From a virus (taxonomy: Duplodnaviria > Caudoviricetes), in IMG/VR virus record IMGVR_UViG_3300020045_003977, positions 1-26,623 of that record: a DNA stretch of 26,623 nt; one strand, written 5' to 3'. Numbering within the stretch: position 1 is the stretch's first letter; each line of letters opens with the position of its first letter. The position numbers were made by a program, and so were the translations under genes. The notes under the pieces are model-generated. The model saw only the letters and a program-made list of their open reading frames with translations. It was not told the DNA's origin and did no database searches. Of this stretch, positions 1 to 8,385 are shown in pieces.

Positions 1-385
1 TTACATTAGTCGTAACGACATTTGTAACAACATCGATAACGAATGTAGCAGTTATAAACTCGCTGGTTCTCGGTAATTCTGTTTTTTCATTGGTTTTTGT
101 TACGCTTAGAATAGCAATTTTGTCTTCCTTATAAACGCCTAAAAATTCCGTAACCAATGAGAACGAAATATTATTGCTGTTCGGCATTCTGCTTGTTACA
201 TTTGACGGTATTCTAACAAAAAATAATCTTTCATTAGAAACATCCGCTTCAATCATACTGTCTGATAATGAATACTTGATATTGCCAAAATATACCGAAA
301 AATCGATTATATCCGCAATGTCAATTCCGTTTATTTCAAATCCGAGTGAAACGCTCTCGCCTGTGTCTATTGTGATAGTTGTCAT
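1..385 (-). CDS. Hypothetical (probably virion-associated) protein, 3' end outside window
   Basis: Not in the ORF track. ATG at 383-385, 10 nt after the SGNH gene stop. Reads MTTITIDTGESVSLGFEINGIDIADIIDFSVYFG...FVIDVVTNVVTTNV and stays open to the window edge. Confidence 0.7.
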   Translation of the reverse strand, partial: MTTITIDTGESVSLGFEINGIDIADIIDFSVYFGNIKYSLSDSMIEADVSNERLFFVRIPSNVTSRMPNSNNISFSLVTEFLGVYKEDKIAILSVTKTNEKTELPRTSEFITATFVIDVVTNVVTTNV

Positions 386-395
386 AGCTTATTTT

Positions 396-2975
396 TTAGT
401 GTGAAACCCACGTAGTACCGTTGTACATTACAGGACAAACAATTGAGCCACCGCCTACAACCGTCACAAGATAGGCAGGTGTTAAAGCGTCTGAAACCGT
501 TGCATAAGTTCCTGTTCCTGTTATAGGCGGACTTGGCAATGTTGCTACCGTGTAAACCGTATATTTTCCGTAAGGCTGTGATATTGGTGCGTTAGAAGTC
601 CATCCAGGTGTTGCAGGATTATTTGTGACAAAAGAAATACCGCTTGGATAAGGAATTCCTCCAGAATTTGGTCCTGTCAAACCCGTTCCTGTACTACCTG
701 TTGCAAAATCAGCTCCAGATATAAACCCTAAAGATGCTGAAACGGCCGAACCAGTAAATGTGGTAGGAAAATCTATATTAGCTTTTAAAGCCATAGCATC
801 AAAAACAGCGTTTTGCGATGGTGCAACATAATACTCGTTATTAACAATTGCATCTGTCACAATTGTACTTACATCTACTTTCTTAACCGTGCTTGGGTTG
901 ATAATTCCTTTTAAAACGCAATCGGCTAATAAAGCATAACCAGCATCGTTTGGGTGCAATCCATCAGGTGTAAACGTTCCTGTTGGATAAATTCCTGATA
1001 GATTATTAGCATCGATAAATGGTACTGAAAGATAGTTACAAATTGCTATTTCGGCATCAATATATTTTTGCAAATTAGCCGAAGTTGTCCAAGCCGAAGT
1101 TGTTTTCAAAGGCGAAATTACAATGATTTTAGCGTTTGGAAAATTTACTTTTAAATACTCGATATTGTATCTAAAAGCCTCTGTAAATGATAATGTTTTA
1201 TCTAAACTTGCATAAATTTTTCCTAAAACGGTCGGTAAATCTCCAAGCGTATTATTTACAATAGCATCATTTACCCCAACCATTACAGTTATAAGTTCAG
1301 TACCTACCGTTACAGCTGATACTTGCGTGTACAGCTCTCCTCTTCCAGACGTTGGCTTAACCGTAATACCTGAAACCGCTTGTTTTGATAGACTTTTAAA
1401 ATTAGCTTTAGTTTGAATTATGTTTGCATAACTGGTTGTACCTGTTGTTGAACCTTCCCCATAAGTGATTGAATCCCCCAAGGCTTGCCAATCAATATTT
1501 CCTGCATCGACGGAGTTGATATTAGGCGCATATAAATCGTCGCTAAAATTACCTGTTCCGTTAACTTGCAATTGTTCGCCTGTGCTGGTTAATTTGTTGA
1601 TTAATATTTTTCCATTAGCCAAAATACCTAATCTGTCCGTTCCACCTGTGCCAAAAGATATGAATGCGCTTCCAAATGATGTGGGGTCGGTTGCCCCTAT
1701 TTCGATATAAGCAGCACTTCCATCCGTTGCTGAATTGTCAACTGCTGATTGCAATCTGAATCCAGCGCCTTGAAAAGTAGAACCTGCACCTCTTCGGTAA
1801 GAAGTGATTTGAAATCTGTTTATATTAGTTGCATTCGCTTGCTGGAAATCGGCAATGTATTTATAAGACCCTGCTGTATTCCCTAAAGTACCCTCGTTTT
1901 TTACAAGTAGTTTTTCCCCTAAATTTGTCTTCGCATTAAGAGAATAATTGCCAATAGAAAATCTACCACCAGCCACTTTAGCAGCGGTATTCGTAACACC
2001 TGTAAAAGCACCATTAACGAATGCAGAACTCATCTCGATTCCGACCGTTTCGCTGTCGTTTGCTGTTGCTGTTATGGTTGAAGCAATTGTTTGTTTAGCC
2101 GAAACCGTTAACTTCACAACTCCTGCATTTATAGCATCTACTGTTGGATATTTTGTACTTGTACCATCAACTGCCAAACTATTCTGTTTATTTGTTTTCA
2201 ATTCATACCCAGCATCTACAACCGACAACGGCACAGGAAGCAAAGTTCTAACGGGTTGTGTACCGCCAAACTGAAATTGATAAACAGGGTCAGAACCTCC
2301 AGAGATACGGTTGGCATAGGTCTTAATTACAATTCGGTCAGTAGCAATAAAATCCCCATCATCCCAAATCCCTGACGTTGTGAATTCCATATAAGTTCCT
2401 GACGATACCGTTGCGCTTGTGCTGGATGTGCAAATCAAAGTTTCTGTTCCTGCTAAATCTCTGTGATAAACCTCGAAGTAAAAAGTAGCTGTTCCAGATC
2501 CTGACAAACGTCTAATATTTCCAAATGTAGTTATGTTGAAAACGCCTGGTTGTCCTATTAAAATTCCTGCATCTGAAATTCTATTAAAAATTAATTGTCC
2601 TGTTGTGGTGATTGCAGGAGTTGAAACATCAACTGCTGTATCGTCAAACCTAACATCGTGTATGTCTTTGACCATAACGACATATCCGCCTACGTCACTT
2701 GCTGTGGTTGTTGGATATAGTGTTAAGTTTGTTGGTAGGTCAGAAATGTTTAACTTTAAATCTAAACTATCCTGCGTGGCTGTTGAAACTGGTAAATTAA
2801 TAGGTTCAATTTTGCCATAAACACCCAATGCACTTGATGTTGTTAGGTAATTTGGAACAGCAACTGTTGGAGCAGCTTCATTTTGTATTCCGTATGGAAA
2901 TGATTGTTCCTGTCCTGTTGGAGTTTGCCCTAACATCCACAACGGCAACAATAAAAATAATATTAGTTTTTTCAT
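396..2975 (-). CDS. Fibre/spike-like protein with N-terminal signal peptide and SGNH/GDSL hydrolase domain (859 aa)
   Basis: Start reassigned to ATG 2975 (MKKLILFLLLPLWMLG|Q) because the upstream extension crosses a terminator. SGNH blocks: ALGDSITYG, AVSG, GVND, DGLHP. Fibre-type linkers KQNSLAVDGTSTKYPTVDAI and APSQNAVFDAMALKAN. Confidence 0.85.
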   Translation of the reverse strand: MKKLILFLLLPLWMLGQTPTGQEQSFPYGIQNEAAPTVAVPNYLTTSSALGVYGKIEPINLPVSTATQDSLDLKLNISDLPTNLTLYPTTTASDVGGYVVMVKDIHDVRFDDTAVDVSTPAITTTGQLIFNRISDAGILIGQPGVFNITTFGNIRRLSGSGTATFYFEVYHRDLAGTETLICTSSTSATVSSGTYMEFTTSGIWDDGDFIATDRIVIKTYANRISGGSDPVYQFQFGGTQPVRTLLPVPLSVVDAGYELKTNKQNSLAVDGTSTKYPTVDAINAGVVKLTVSAKQTIASTITATANDSETVGIEMSSAFVNGAFTGVTNTAAKVAGGRFSIGNYSLNAKTNLGEKLLVKNEGTLGNTAGSYKYIADFQQANATNINRFQITSYRRGAGSTFQGAGFRLQSAVDNSATDGSAAYIEIGATDPTSFGSAFISFGTGGTDRLGILANGKILINKLTSTGEQLQVNGTGNFSDDLYAPNINSVDAGNIDWQALGDSITYGEGSTTGTTSYANIIQTKANFKSLSKQAVSGITVKPTSGRGELYTQVSAVTVGTELITVMVGVNDAIVNNTLGDLPTVLGKIYASLDKTLSFTEAFRYNIEYLKVNFPNAKIIVISPLKTTSAWTTSANLQKYIDAEIAICNYLSVPFIDANNLSGIYPTGTFTPDGLHPNDAGYALLADCVLKGIINPSTVKKVDVSTIVTDAIVNNEYYVAPSQNAVFDAMALKANIDFPTTFTGSAVSASLGFISGADFATGSTGTGLTGPNSGGIPYPSGISFVTNNPATPGWTSNAPISQPYGKYTVYTVATLPSPPITGTGTYATVSDALTPAYLVTVVGGGSIVCPVMYNGTTWVSH

Positions 2976-2991
2976 AGTTTGAATTTTACGG

Positions 2992-2999
2992 TAAATATA
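2992..2999 (-). promoter_or_regulatory. Possible Bacteroidota -7 element (TATATTTA) for the SGNH gene
   Basis: One mismatch to TAnnTTTG, 16 nt upstream of the ATG and just past the terminator. No clear -33 box. Confidence 0.35.
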
Positions 3000-3002
3000 A
3001 AT

Positions 3003-3034
3003 AAAAAAAACCACAATAATTAAATTGTGGTTTT
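3003..3034 (-). terminator. Intrinsic terminator
   Basis: AAAACCACAAT-N6-ATTGTGGTTTT inverted repeat, with an 8-U run on the minus strand. Confidence 0.85.
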
Positions 3035-3110
3035 GATTTTGCACACACTCTTTACGTTAAGCTATCAAACCTTTCAATTCGAATCGGATTTAGACCGATA
3101 TCTTGTGCTG
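3003..3110 (-). ncRNA. Candidate structured small RNA (~105 nt)
   Basis: Lies between a perfect -7 box and a terminator. Closing stem GCACA/TGTGC (3104-3108 with 3041-3045) encloses ATCGG-TCTAAAT-CCGAT and TCGAATT-GAAA-GGTTTGA hairpins. No ATG-initiated minus-strand ORF. Confidence 0.55.
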
Positions 3111-3114
3111 ATTG

Positions 3115-3145
3115 CAAATATACAAAAATTCCATAAACTTTCGAA
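3115..3145 (-). promoter_or_regulatory. Bacteroidota sigma-A type promoter
   Basis: TTCG-N19-TATATTTG (consensus TTTG-N19-21-TAnnTTTG). Confidence 0.7.
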
Positions 3146-3164
3146 TAGGGAATTAAATTTATCG

Positions 3165-3383
3165 CTACCATTCAATTATCAATCCAATATCCCCTCTAAA
3201 CCACTCCCCGTGAGTTAATTTAAACCCCATCATAGACAATTCTACTTGCACATCGTTTGATACGTAAATAAAATGAGGAATAAAATGTTTATAATGATTT
3301 GGATTATTTTCATTCATTTTCGATATTTCTTCAAAAATTTGTTGTGCCGTTTGACTTCTCTTAATTAATTCTTTTGCTTTCAT
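3165..3383 (-). CDS. Hypothetical phage protein (72 aa)
   Basis: ATGA-coupled to the upstream ORF; last gene of the inserted cassette. Confidence 0.75.
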   Translation of the reverse strand: MKAKELIKRSQTAQQIFEEISKMNENNPNHYKHFIPHFIYVSNDVQVELSMMGFKLTHGEWFRGDIGLIIEW

Positions 3384-3550
3384 TCTTCTATTTTTTTACT
3401 AATTACTCTTTCTTCCAACAATCCTGCAACCACATCAGCCTTAACCCAAGCATATATTTGCCCGAAGTTATTTTCTGCCATTTTCAAAGCTTCTTCCATC
3501 GTTACAGGATATCCTTTTATTTCTGATACTATTACTTGTAGGTTTTTCAT
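3380..3550 (-). CDS. Hypothetical phage protein (56 aa)
   Basis: Start reassigned to MKNLQVIV at 3550, which forms an ATGA overlap with the stop at 3547. Confidence 0.7.
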   Translation of the reverse strand: MKNLQVIVSEIKGYPVTMEEALKMAENNFGQIYAWVKADVVAGLLEERVISKKIEE

Positions 3551-4020
3551 AGTCCTATTTGTTTTTGAGCTGTTGGAGTTAGTTCGAGATTGTATTTTAC
3601 AAGGTCTTCGATGGTTGAAATTTCTTTTGATAATTCCCATTTATCTTGGTTTTTATGCCACCAAAAAACGTGTAAAAACTCATAAATACATATACTTTTT
3701 GGCATTTCAGTATTATAATGCGGTGTTTCAACAACTTCAAAACCATCAAACAAACATCTTTCTTTTGCTTGTACAAATTCTTCGTGAAGTATCAACTCTT
3801 CTTCAGCAATGTCTTCTGTGTATTTTTTGCCATAACATTTAGGCTCTTCTAAAACTACCCAAACACCATCAACTAATTTAGCTGGCACAAACATTCCAAG
3901 TGTTAACGGTTGTTTTAGGAAGTTGGCGTATCTTACACATTTTACAAAATCTTCCCTACAAGATTCCTCTGCTTTATTTCTTTCCAAAACAAAAGCAACC
4001 ATTCCAATTAAATTTTTCAT
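3547..4020 (-). CDS. Hypothetical phage protein (157 aa)
   Basis: Overlap-coupled ORF in the cassette. The YANFLKQPLTLGMFVP...TIEDL pattern resembles Flavobacterium phage hypotheticals (from memory). Confidence 0.8.
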   Translation of the reverse strand: MKNLIGMVAFVLERNKAEESCREDFVKCVRYANFLKQPLTLGMFVPAKLVDGVWVVLEEPKCYGKKYTEDIAEEELILHEEFVQAKERCLFDGFEVVETPHYNTEMPKSICIYEFLHVFWWHKNQDKWELSKEISTIEDLVKYNLELTPTAQKQIGL

Positions 4021-4865
4021 ACTATCTTAGATTTAGCCAGTTTCTCAAAACTTTTAAATAATCGAGAAGTTTTATAGAATTCCGTATCGTTGTCTTCACT
4101 CCATACTGATAACAAATCATTTAGGCTTAATAATGGCTTGGTGAATGTTTCGTCTTGGATGATGGTTGCCCAGATTCCGTCTTTGAAAATAGTAAACCCA
4201 TTCCATTTCAACTCTTCTCCAATAAAGTAAAAATCATCGTCAACACTTTTGTACTCGCCTTTTATAAGGTAAACGTCATTGTCAAATACCATTGATTTCA
4301 TTAACACATTTTCTTTATACCCTCTCTTCTTCGCCTCCCTAATCAAAGCGGCTTCAACTTCTTGTGGGGTGGATTCTGTGTAATCACCATCGCTTGGTAA
4401 TCCCCAAGAAAATTCATTATTATCACGTTCCCAATTTCCCCTAGTATCGAATCCGTAGCCTTTTATACGTTGAACATCTTTAAAATCAACTACAAATATT
4501 AACTGTTTTGGATGTTTTAATGAATTATACCAACTTCCAACAACCAACTCCTTTTTAAAAACCTCTGGAAACCATTGTTTAATTTCACTCGATACATATG
4601 AAAGCGATGCTTTTTCAATATAAAGTATCTGCTCCTTTGTAATCTCGAATTTAGGCGTTTTGTAGGTTAGTATTTTTGCGTAGCCTTTTTTATTATCCCA
4701 TAAAATAACATTTTCTTTGTCGTTGTCATAAACATAAAAGTCACCCTCATACTCGTGAATTCCTCTTTCATCTAAATTGTTGAAATTTGCTATATCTCCA
4801 TCTTTATCCTCCACAATTTCCGCATCCTTAAAATACTCCTTAACTTCTTCTAAACTTGGTTTCAT
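4017..4865 (-). CDS. Hypothetical phage protein (282 aa), mosaic-looking
   Basis: Long open ORF coupled at both ends; acidic and aromatic-rich; no catalytic motif recognised. Confidence 0.85.
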   Translation of the reverse strand: MKPSLEEVKEYFKDAEIVEDKDGDIANFNNLDERGIHEYEGDFYVYDNDKENVILWDNKKGYAKILTYKTPKFEITKEQILYIEKASLSYVSSEIKQWFPEVFKKELVVGSWYNSLKHPKQLIFVVDFKDVQRIKGYGFDTRGNWERDNNEFSWGLPSDGDYTESTPQEVEAALIREAKKRGYKENVLMKSMVFDNDVYLIKGEYKSVDDDFYFIGEELKWNGFTIFKDGIWATIIQDETFTKPLLSLNDLLSVWSEDNDTEFYKTSRLFKSFEKLAKSKIV

Positions 4866-4996
4866 AATTTTTTATTTAATTTTTTGTTTATAAATCTTTG
4901 AATAATCTCTTTTAAACACAACGGCACTCGCATTGTCGTAGTTTCAATTCCTTTTGGTCTGCCAGCTCCTTTAGGGTTGGTTTCGGTTTTTTTCAT
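4862..4996 (-). CDS. Small putative DNA-binding protein (44 aa; AT-hook-like GRP plus ribbon-helix-like segment)
   Basis: Not in the ORF track. MKKTETNPKGAGRPKGIETTTMRVPLCLKEIIQRFINKKLNKKL*; its TGA overlaps the next ATG. Confidence 0.7.
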   Translation of the reverse strand: MKKTETNPKGAGRPKGIETTTMRVPLCLKEIIQRFINKKLNKKL

Positions 4997-5005
4997 AACA
5001 TTAAT

Positions 5006-5602
5006 TTAGTCAAGTCCAAAATATAAATCGTTACTCAAATCGTCGGTATTTGAAACTTTTAAAGCTTCAATAAGTTTTGCTTTTGATTCTTTGCATAATC
5101 CGAATCCGTAAGAACGGTATCTATAAGAGCGTTCAAAAGAAGATATTGGAAACATTAATTCTCCATCAATTACAAGTTTGTTGCTAGTCATATCCTCAAA
5201 GAAAGTATCTACAAAAACATTGTAATAAATCACTCCATCAGGTTCTTGCTTTCTTGCATAAGCAAATCGAGTAATTGAAAAATCAAACATTGATATAATT
5301 TCAATTGCAGTTCCGTATGTGTGACGAATTAATTCAATTCTGATATTAGTATTTTTGTTTTTATATGAAATGGTATTATCGTTTTCATAAGACAAAACAT
5401 AATTTTCATTACTTTTAAAATGTTCTACAGCTTGCAAAAAATCAGCTTCACACTCAAAAAATATATCCAAATCTTTAATCTTTTGACCTTTAAATATATT
5501 TTTAAAACAGCCACCCGCAATAAATCCTTTGTGGCATTCCATATAATAATCTAAAAATCTAACATTGTTGTAAGTTTCTTTTGGTCGTTCAATAAAGTTC
5601 AT
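5006..5602 (-). CDS. Minimal class II nucleotidyltransferase (poly(A) polymerase/CCA-adding enzyme head-like, 198 aa)
   Basis: FIAGGCFKNIF...IKDLDIFF (GG plus DxD), RIELI (third carboxylate), and FDFSITRFAY matching the RDFTINAMA position. Confidence 0.8.
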   Translation of the reverse strand: MNFIERPKETYNNVRFLDYYMECHKGFIAGGCFKNIFKGQKIKDLDIFFECEADFLQAVEHFKSNENYVLSYENDNTISYKNKNTNIRIELIRHTYGTAIEIISMFDFSITRFAYARKQEPDGVIYYNVFVDTFFEDMTSNKLVIDGELMFPISSFERSYRYRSYGFGLCKESKAKLIEALKVSNTDDLSNDLYFGLD

Positions 5603-5629
5603 AATTCCTATTAGTTTTAATTTCTGTTA

Positions 5630-5659
5630 CAAATATAATACTTATTTTAATATCTGCAA
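5630..5659 (-). promoter_or_regulatory. Bacteroidota sigma-A type promoter driving the inserted cassette
   Basis: TTG-N19-TATATTTG, 27 nt upstream of the nucleotidyltransferase ATG. Confidence 0.8.
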
Positions 5660-5669
5660 CATAAATAAC

Positions 5670-5699
5670 AAAAAAAACACCCCCGATTATGAGAGTGTT
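5670..5699 (-). terminator. Intrinsic terminator ending the structural operon
   Basis: Minus strand AACACTCTC-ATAATC-GGGGGTGTT (two G-U pairs) followed by a U run. Confidence 0.8.
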
Positions 5700-5721
5700 G
5701 CTTATTTGGAATTAGATTTAA

Positions 5722-6528
5722 TTAAAAGTAGCAATCAATATTTACTCTTGCGCCTGTTGGTACTGCGGCTTTGAATGTAAATGTAGTGCCGGATTGCGTG
5801 AATGTATTTAGGTCAGATTCAAATCCAGCCTTTTCTTTAAACTGAACTCCGTTATTTATCCATCCTGTTCTTGCTACATATCCGGCAGGTAAAGTATATG
5901 TTTGCCCTGCTCCAACAAATCGCAACGTATCTTCTCCTGTCGCTGTCGGAACAGATGGCGAACCTACCGTGCTATCAGTAATCAAAGAAATAGAAAACAA
6001 TATAGAATCAGGAATCAATAACGGAACAAAGGGTGAGCTTACTACTTCGTCACCATCAACACGCTGTGTGGAATTCAATGTATCAAATACAACCGCATCC
6101 AAACGCTGTAATCCAGTTGCAGCATAAGGAAAATTAATTACAATATCTGTTGAATTTGTATAAAGCACATCGTTTATTTTCCAAACCCAGCCAGCAAAAA
6201 TGGTTAAGTTTTGCCCGACTAAAGCATAAGTTCCGTAAGTGACTATATTCCCACTTGTTGGTTTTCCTAAAATATAATCGGCTGCGCTTGGGTCTTGCTG
6301 TTGCATATTTCCACGAACATTGACTTGCGAACCCACTTCAATTCCTGCAAGTTTCGTTTTTTCTGCATCCGTAAAATTATTCTCCGACAAATCAAAACCA
6401 GGAATAACTTCTACTTTTTTTGCATTAAGTTCTGAAAAGTTGTCGTTCGCCTTGATTTGGGAAACCCTTAACGGATCGCCTAAGCCATCATTTGGAGTTG
6501 AAATATTTACTACTTGAATTATAGCCAC
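5722..6528 (-). CDS. Tail/whisker fibre-like structural protein (268 aa, GTG start)
   Basis: N-terminal PNDGLGDPLR...KANDNFSEL (T4 gp9/gp10-like N-terminal motif) and fibre motif LSENNFTDAEKTKLAGIE...DYILGKP. Confidence 0.75.
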   Translation of the reverse strand: MAIIQVVNISTPNDGLGDPLRVSQIKANDNFSELNAKKVEVIPGFDLSENNFTDAEKTKLAGIEVGSQVNVRGNMQQQDPSAADYILGKPTSGNIVTYGTYALVGQNLTIFAGWVWKINDVLYTNSTDIVINFPYAATGLQRLDAVVFDTLNSTQRVDGDEVVSSPFVPLLIPDSILFSISLITDSTVGSPSVPTATGEDTLRFVGAGQTYTLPAGYVARTGWINNGVQFKEKAGFESDLNTFTQSGTTFTFKAAVPTGARVNIDCYF

Positions 6529-6995
6529 GGCATATCTGTTTGAATATTAATACTTTCGCCAACTAATTCAGGGATATTTTTATCTGAAACATATTCCTTA
6601 AAATTAGCTTCTACATTTGCGACTAATTTAGTAAATTTTAACGACAAAGTTTCGGTTTCAGTTTCAGAAAGTGAGGTCATATTTTCGCCAGCTATTTTAT
6701 GCAAACCGTTTTCAGAAATTTTGTAACCTCCGAAATCGACAAATAAAGCCGAAGAATAATAAGAAAGAAAGTCTTTAATGTATTCGTCAAAAATAATTAA
6801 ATATTCGCCATCCAAAGTATCTGCTGCAAAATCAGTATAAATTTTAGTGTACAATTTTAAACCCAAGAATGCCTTTAAGTGAGTTGTTTGAGCAGCGTAA
6901 ATAATCGGTTTCAAATTGTCGTTGTCAATATTCCCGTCCAATTGAGTAAGTGCAATTACATCCGCTGGCTGTATCATTAGTTTTATTGTACTCAT
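6519..6995 (-). CDS. Putative head-tail adaptor/connector (158 aa)
   Basis: Directly after the portal. The GNIDNDNLKPIIYAAQ..HLKAFLGLKLY pattern is typical of the post-portal protein in Bacteroidota phages. Confidence 0.65.
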   Translation of the reverse strand: MSTIKLMIQPADVIALTQLDGNIDNDNLKPIIYAAQTTHLKAFLGLKLYTKIYTDFAADTLDGEYLIIFDEYIKDFLSYYSSALFVDFGGYKISENGLHKIAGENMTSLSETETETLSLKFTKLVANVEANFKEYVSDKNIPELVGESINIQTDMPWL

Positions 6996-8047
6996 ATCGT
7001 TTCGGTTGTATTATTGTCTAATTCCTCGCTTTCAAAATCCTGAACATCCAAAGTTATTTCTCCTATAACATCAAAAATCTGTTGCAATCCCGACAATAAA
7101 GTTTTTCTTGCTGGATTAATTACCCTACGAAAAACTGATTTAGTCGCAACTGCAATTTCATCTGCATTTGAAGAAAATCCTGTTTTTGAGCCAGCCAATA
7201 AAATAGATGGATATGAATGTGCAATTAATATTTTTCTTTCAGCCTCTTCAGTATAATTTACATAAGTAGCGTTTACATTTGGCGGGTCAATGTTGTCAAC
7301 TACGACTGCGTTTTCTGGCGAGTTATTTATTGAAACAATTAATCGTTGTCCATTAATTCCAGAAAATTTATCTTTAATCTCTTGTTTTGTAGCTTCTTTT
7401 TGAACATCAGTCAACCCACGACCACCAGCCCAATTCACAACTTTTTGCCCTGAAAAACCAGTAGCAACATCATTATAAGAATGTTGAGCCATTAGTCCCT
7501 CATCTTGTGCCCAACGCAAAGCAGGAAACCAATCAGGACGAGCAAATAACGGTTCATTTGATGGTCTTTTAATAACAAACATTTGAGTTTCGTTCTTTGG
7601 ATTTTCTGCGCTAAATTTAGGATGAAAAACAGGTGTATATTTCCATTTTTTTGACCAATCATAACAATACCAGTAGCCATTGACCTTCATTCCTGATTCA
7701 TCAACATTCAAGCCTGTGTTTTCCAGCGGAATGTGATAAATTTTTATTGGTTTTCCACTATACCAAATGACTTGTCCGGAACATTGCCCTTGTTTTTTAT
7801 AGTCTAAAACAAGTAATCCCCAATCATCATCTGAAATTATGCTCGATGGACTTTTACCTCCATTAGAATTTATCAATCCTTCGCCTTTAATCAGGTTCGA
7901 AATGTCGTTTATGCAGGCAGAATTAGTCACAGAATCATCATAAGCATCTGCAAAAAGCTTATAATTGTCGTTATTTAAACCATTTAGAACATATTTAGTG
8001 CCTATTTGTATTTCTTTTATTGACGGCATATAAGCCGAAAATGCCAT
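6992..8047 (-). CDS. Portal protein (351 aa)
   Basis: YDDSVTNSACIN, IYHIP, ERKILIAHSYPSILLAG and GFSSNADEI motifs resemble Bacteroidota phage portals; size and context fit. Confidence 0.8.
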   Translation of the reverse strand: MAFSAYMPSIKEIQIGTKYVLNGLNNDNYKLFADAYDDSVTNSACINDISNLIKGEGLINSNGGKSPSSIISDDDWGLLVLDYKKQGQCSGQVIWYSGKPIKIYHIPLENTGLNVDESGMKVNGYWYCYDWSKKWKYTPVFHPKFSAENPKNETQMFVIKRPSNEPLFARPDWFPALRWAQDEGLMAQHSYNDVATGFSGQKVVNWAGGRGLTDVQKEATKQEIKDKFSGINGQRLIVSINNSPENAVVVDNIDPPNVNATYVNYTEEAERKILIAHSYPSILLAGSKTGFSSNADEIAVATKSVFRRVINPARKTLLSGLQQIFDVIGEITLDVQDFESEELDNNTTETI

Positions 8048-8385
8048 TAAAGAAATCTGGGTGTCGTTTGTTTCGATGGTGTGTAGTTTTGAATGTCAGT
8101 ATCTTCTTTTACAACTATTAATTTACCACGATAAATGATAGTATAATCATAGGTATTAGTAATTGTCAATTCGTATTTGTTTCCTGCTTTGAAATCGGTT
8201 TCGGTTGTAGCATCTGGCAATGTGAATTCAATTCTTCCGTTTACCATATTCCAATCTATCGAATAGCTGGCGGTATAATTGCTTACTTCATTTCTAATGG
8301 TAAAACTTAAAACATCCGATTGAAAAGGCGCAATCCGAACGACTGCGCTTAATTCAAAAGGTGTATTTAATTTTAAAACTTTCAT
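8047..8385 (-). CDS. Putative structural protein (112 aa, beta-rich)
   Basis: TAATG-coupled at both ends; YELTI...IIYRGKL pattern; sits between the putative tail tube and the portal. Confidence 0.7.
   Translation of the reverse strand: MKVLKLNTPFELSAVVRIAPFQSDVLSFTIRNEVSNYTASYSIDWNMVNGRIEFTLPDATTETDFKAGNKYELTITNTYDYTIIYRGKLIVVKEDTDIQNYTPSKQTTPRFL

Noticed and set aside
2976-3044. N-terminal extension MQNQNHNL... of the 882-aa ORF
   Set aside because: It runs through a terminator hairpin. The internal ATG at 2975 has an A-rich context and begins a signal peptide.
3041-3108. tRNA or amber-suppressor tRNA (TCTAAATCCG and TTCGAAT words)
   Set aside because: No D arm, no paired stem around TTCGAAT, only a 5-bp closing stem and no CCA. 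TAG is used as a normal stop (3165, 17731, 22981). Kept only as a generic ncRNA candidate.
396-6528. Diversity-generating retroelement or invertible fibre cassette
   Set aside because: No reverse transcriptase, invertase or template/variable repeat pair was seen in the window.
8048-8077. Possible non-AUG (ATC) N-terminal extension of the portal (IETNDTQISL-MAF)
   Set aside because: The frame is open, but the ATG at 8047 has a normal TAATG coupling. It cannot be supported without homolog alignment.
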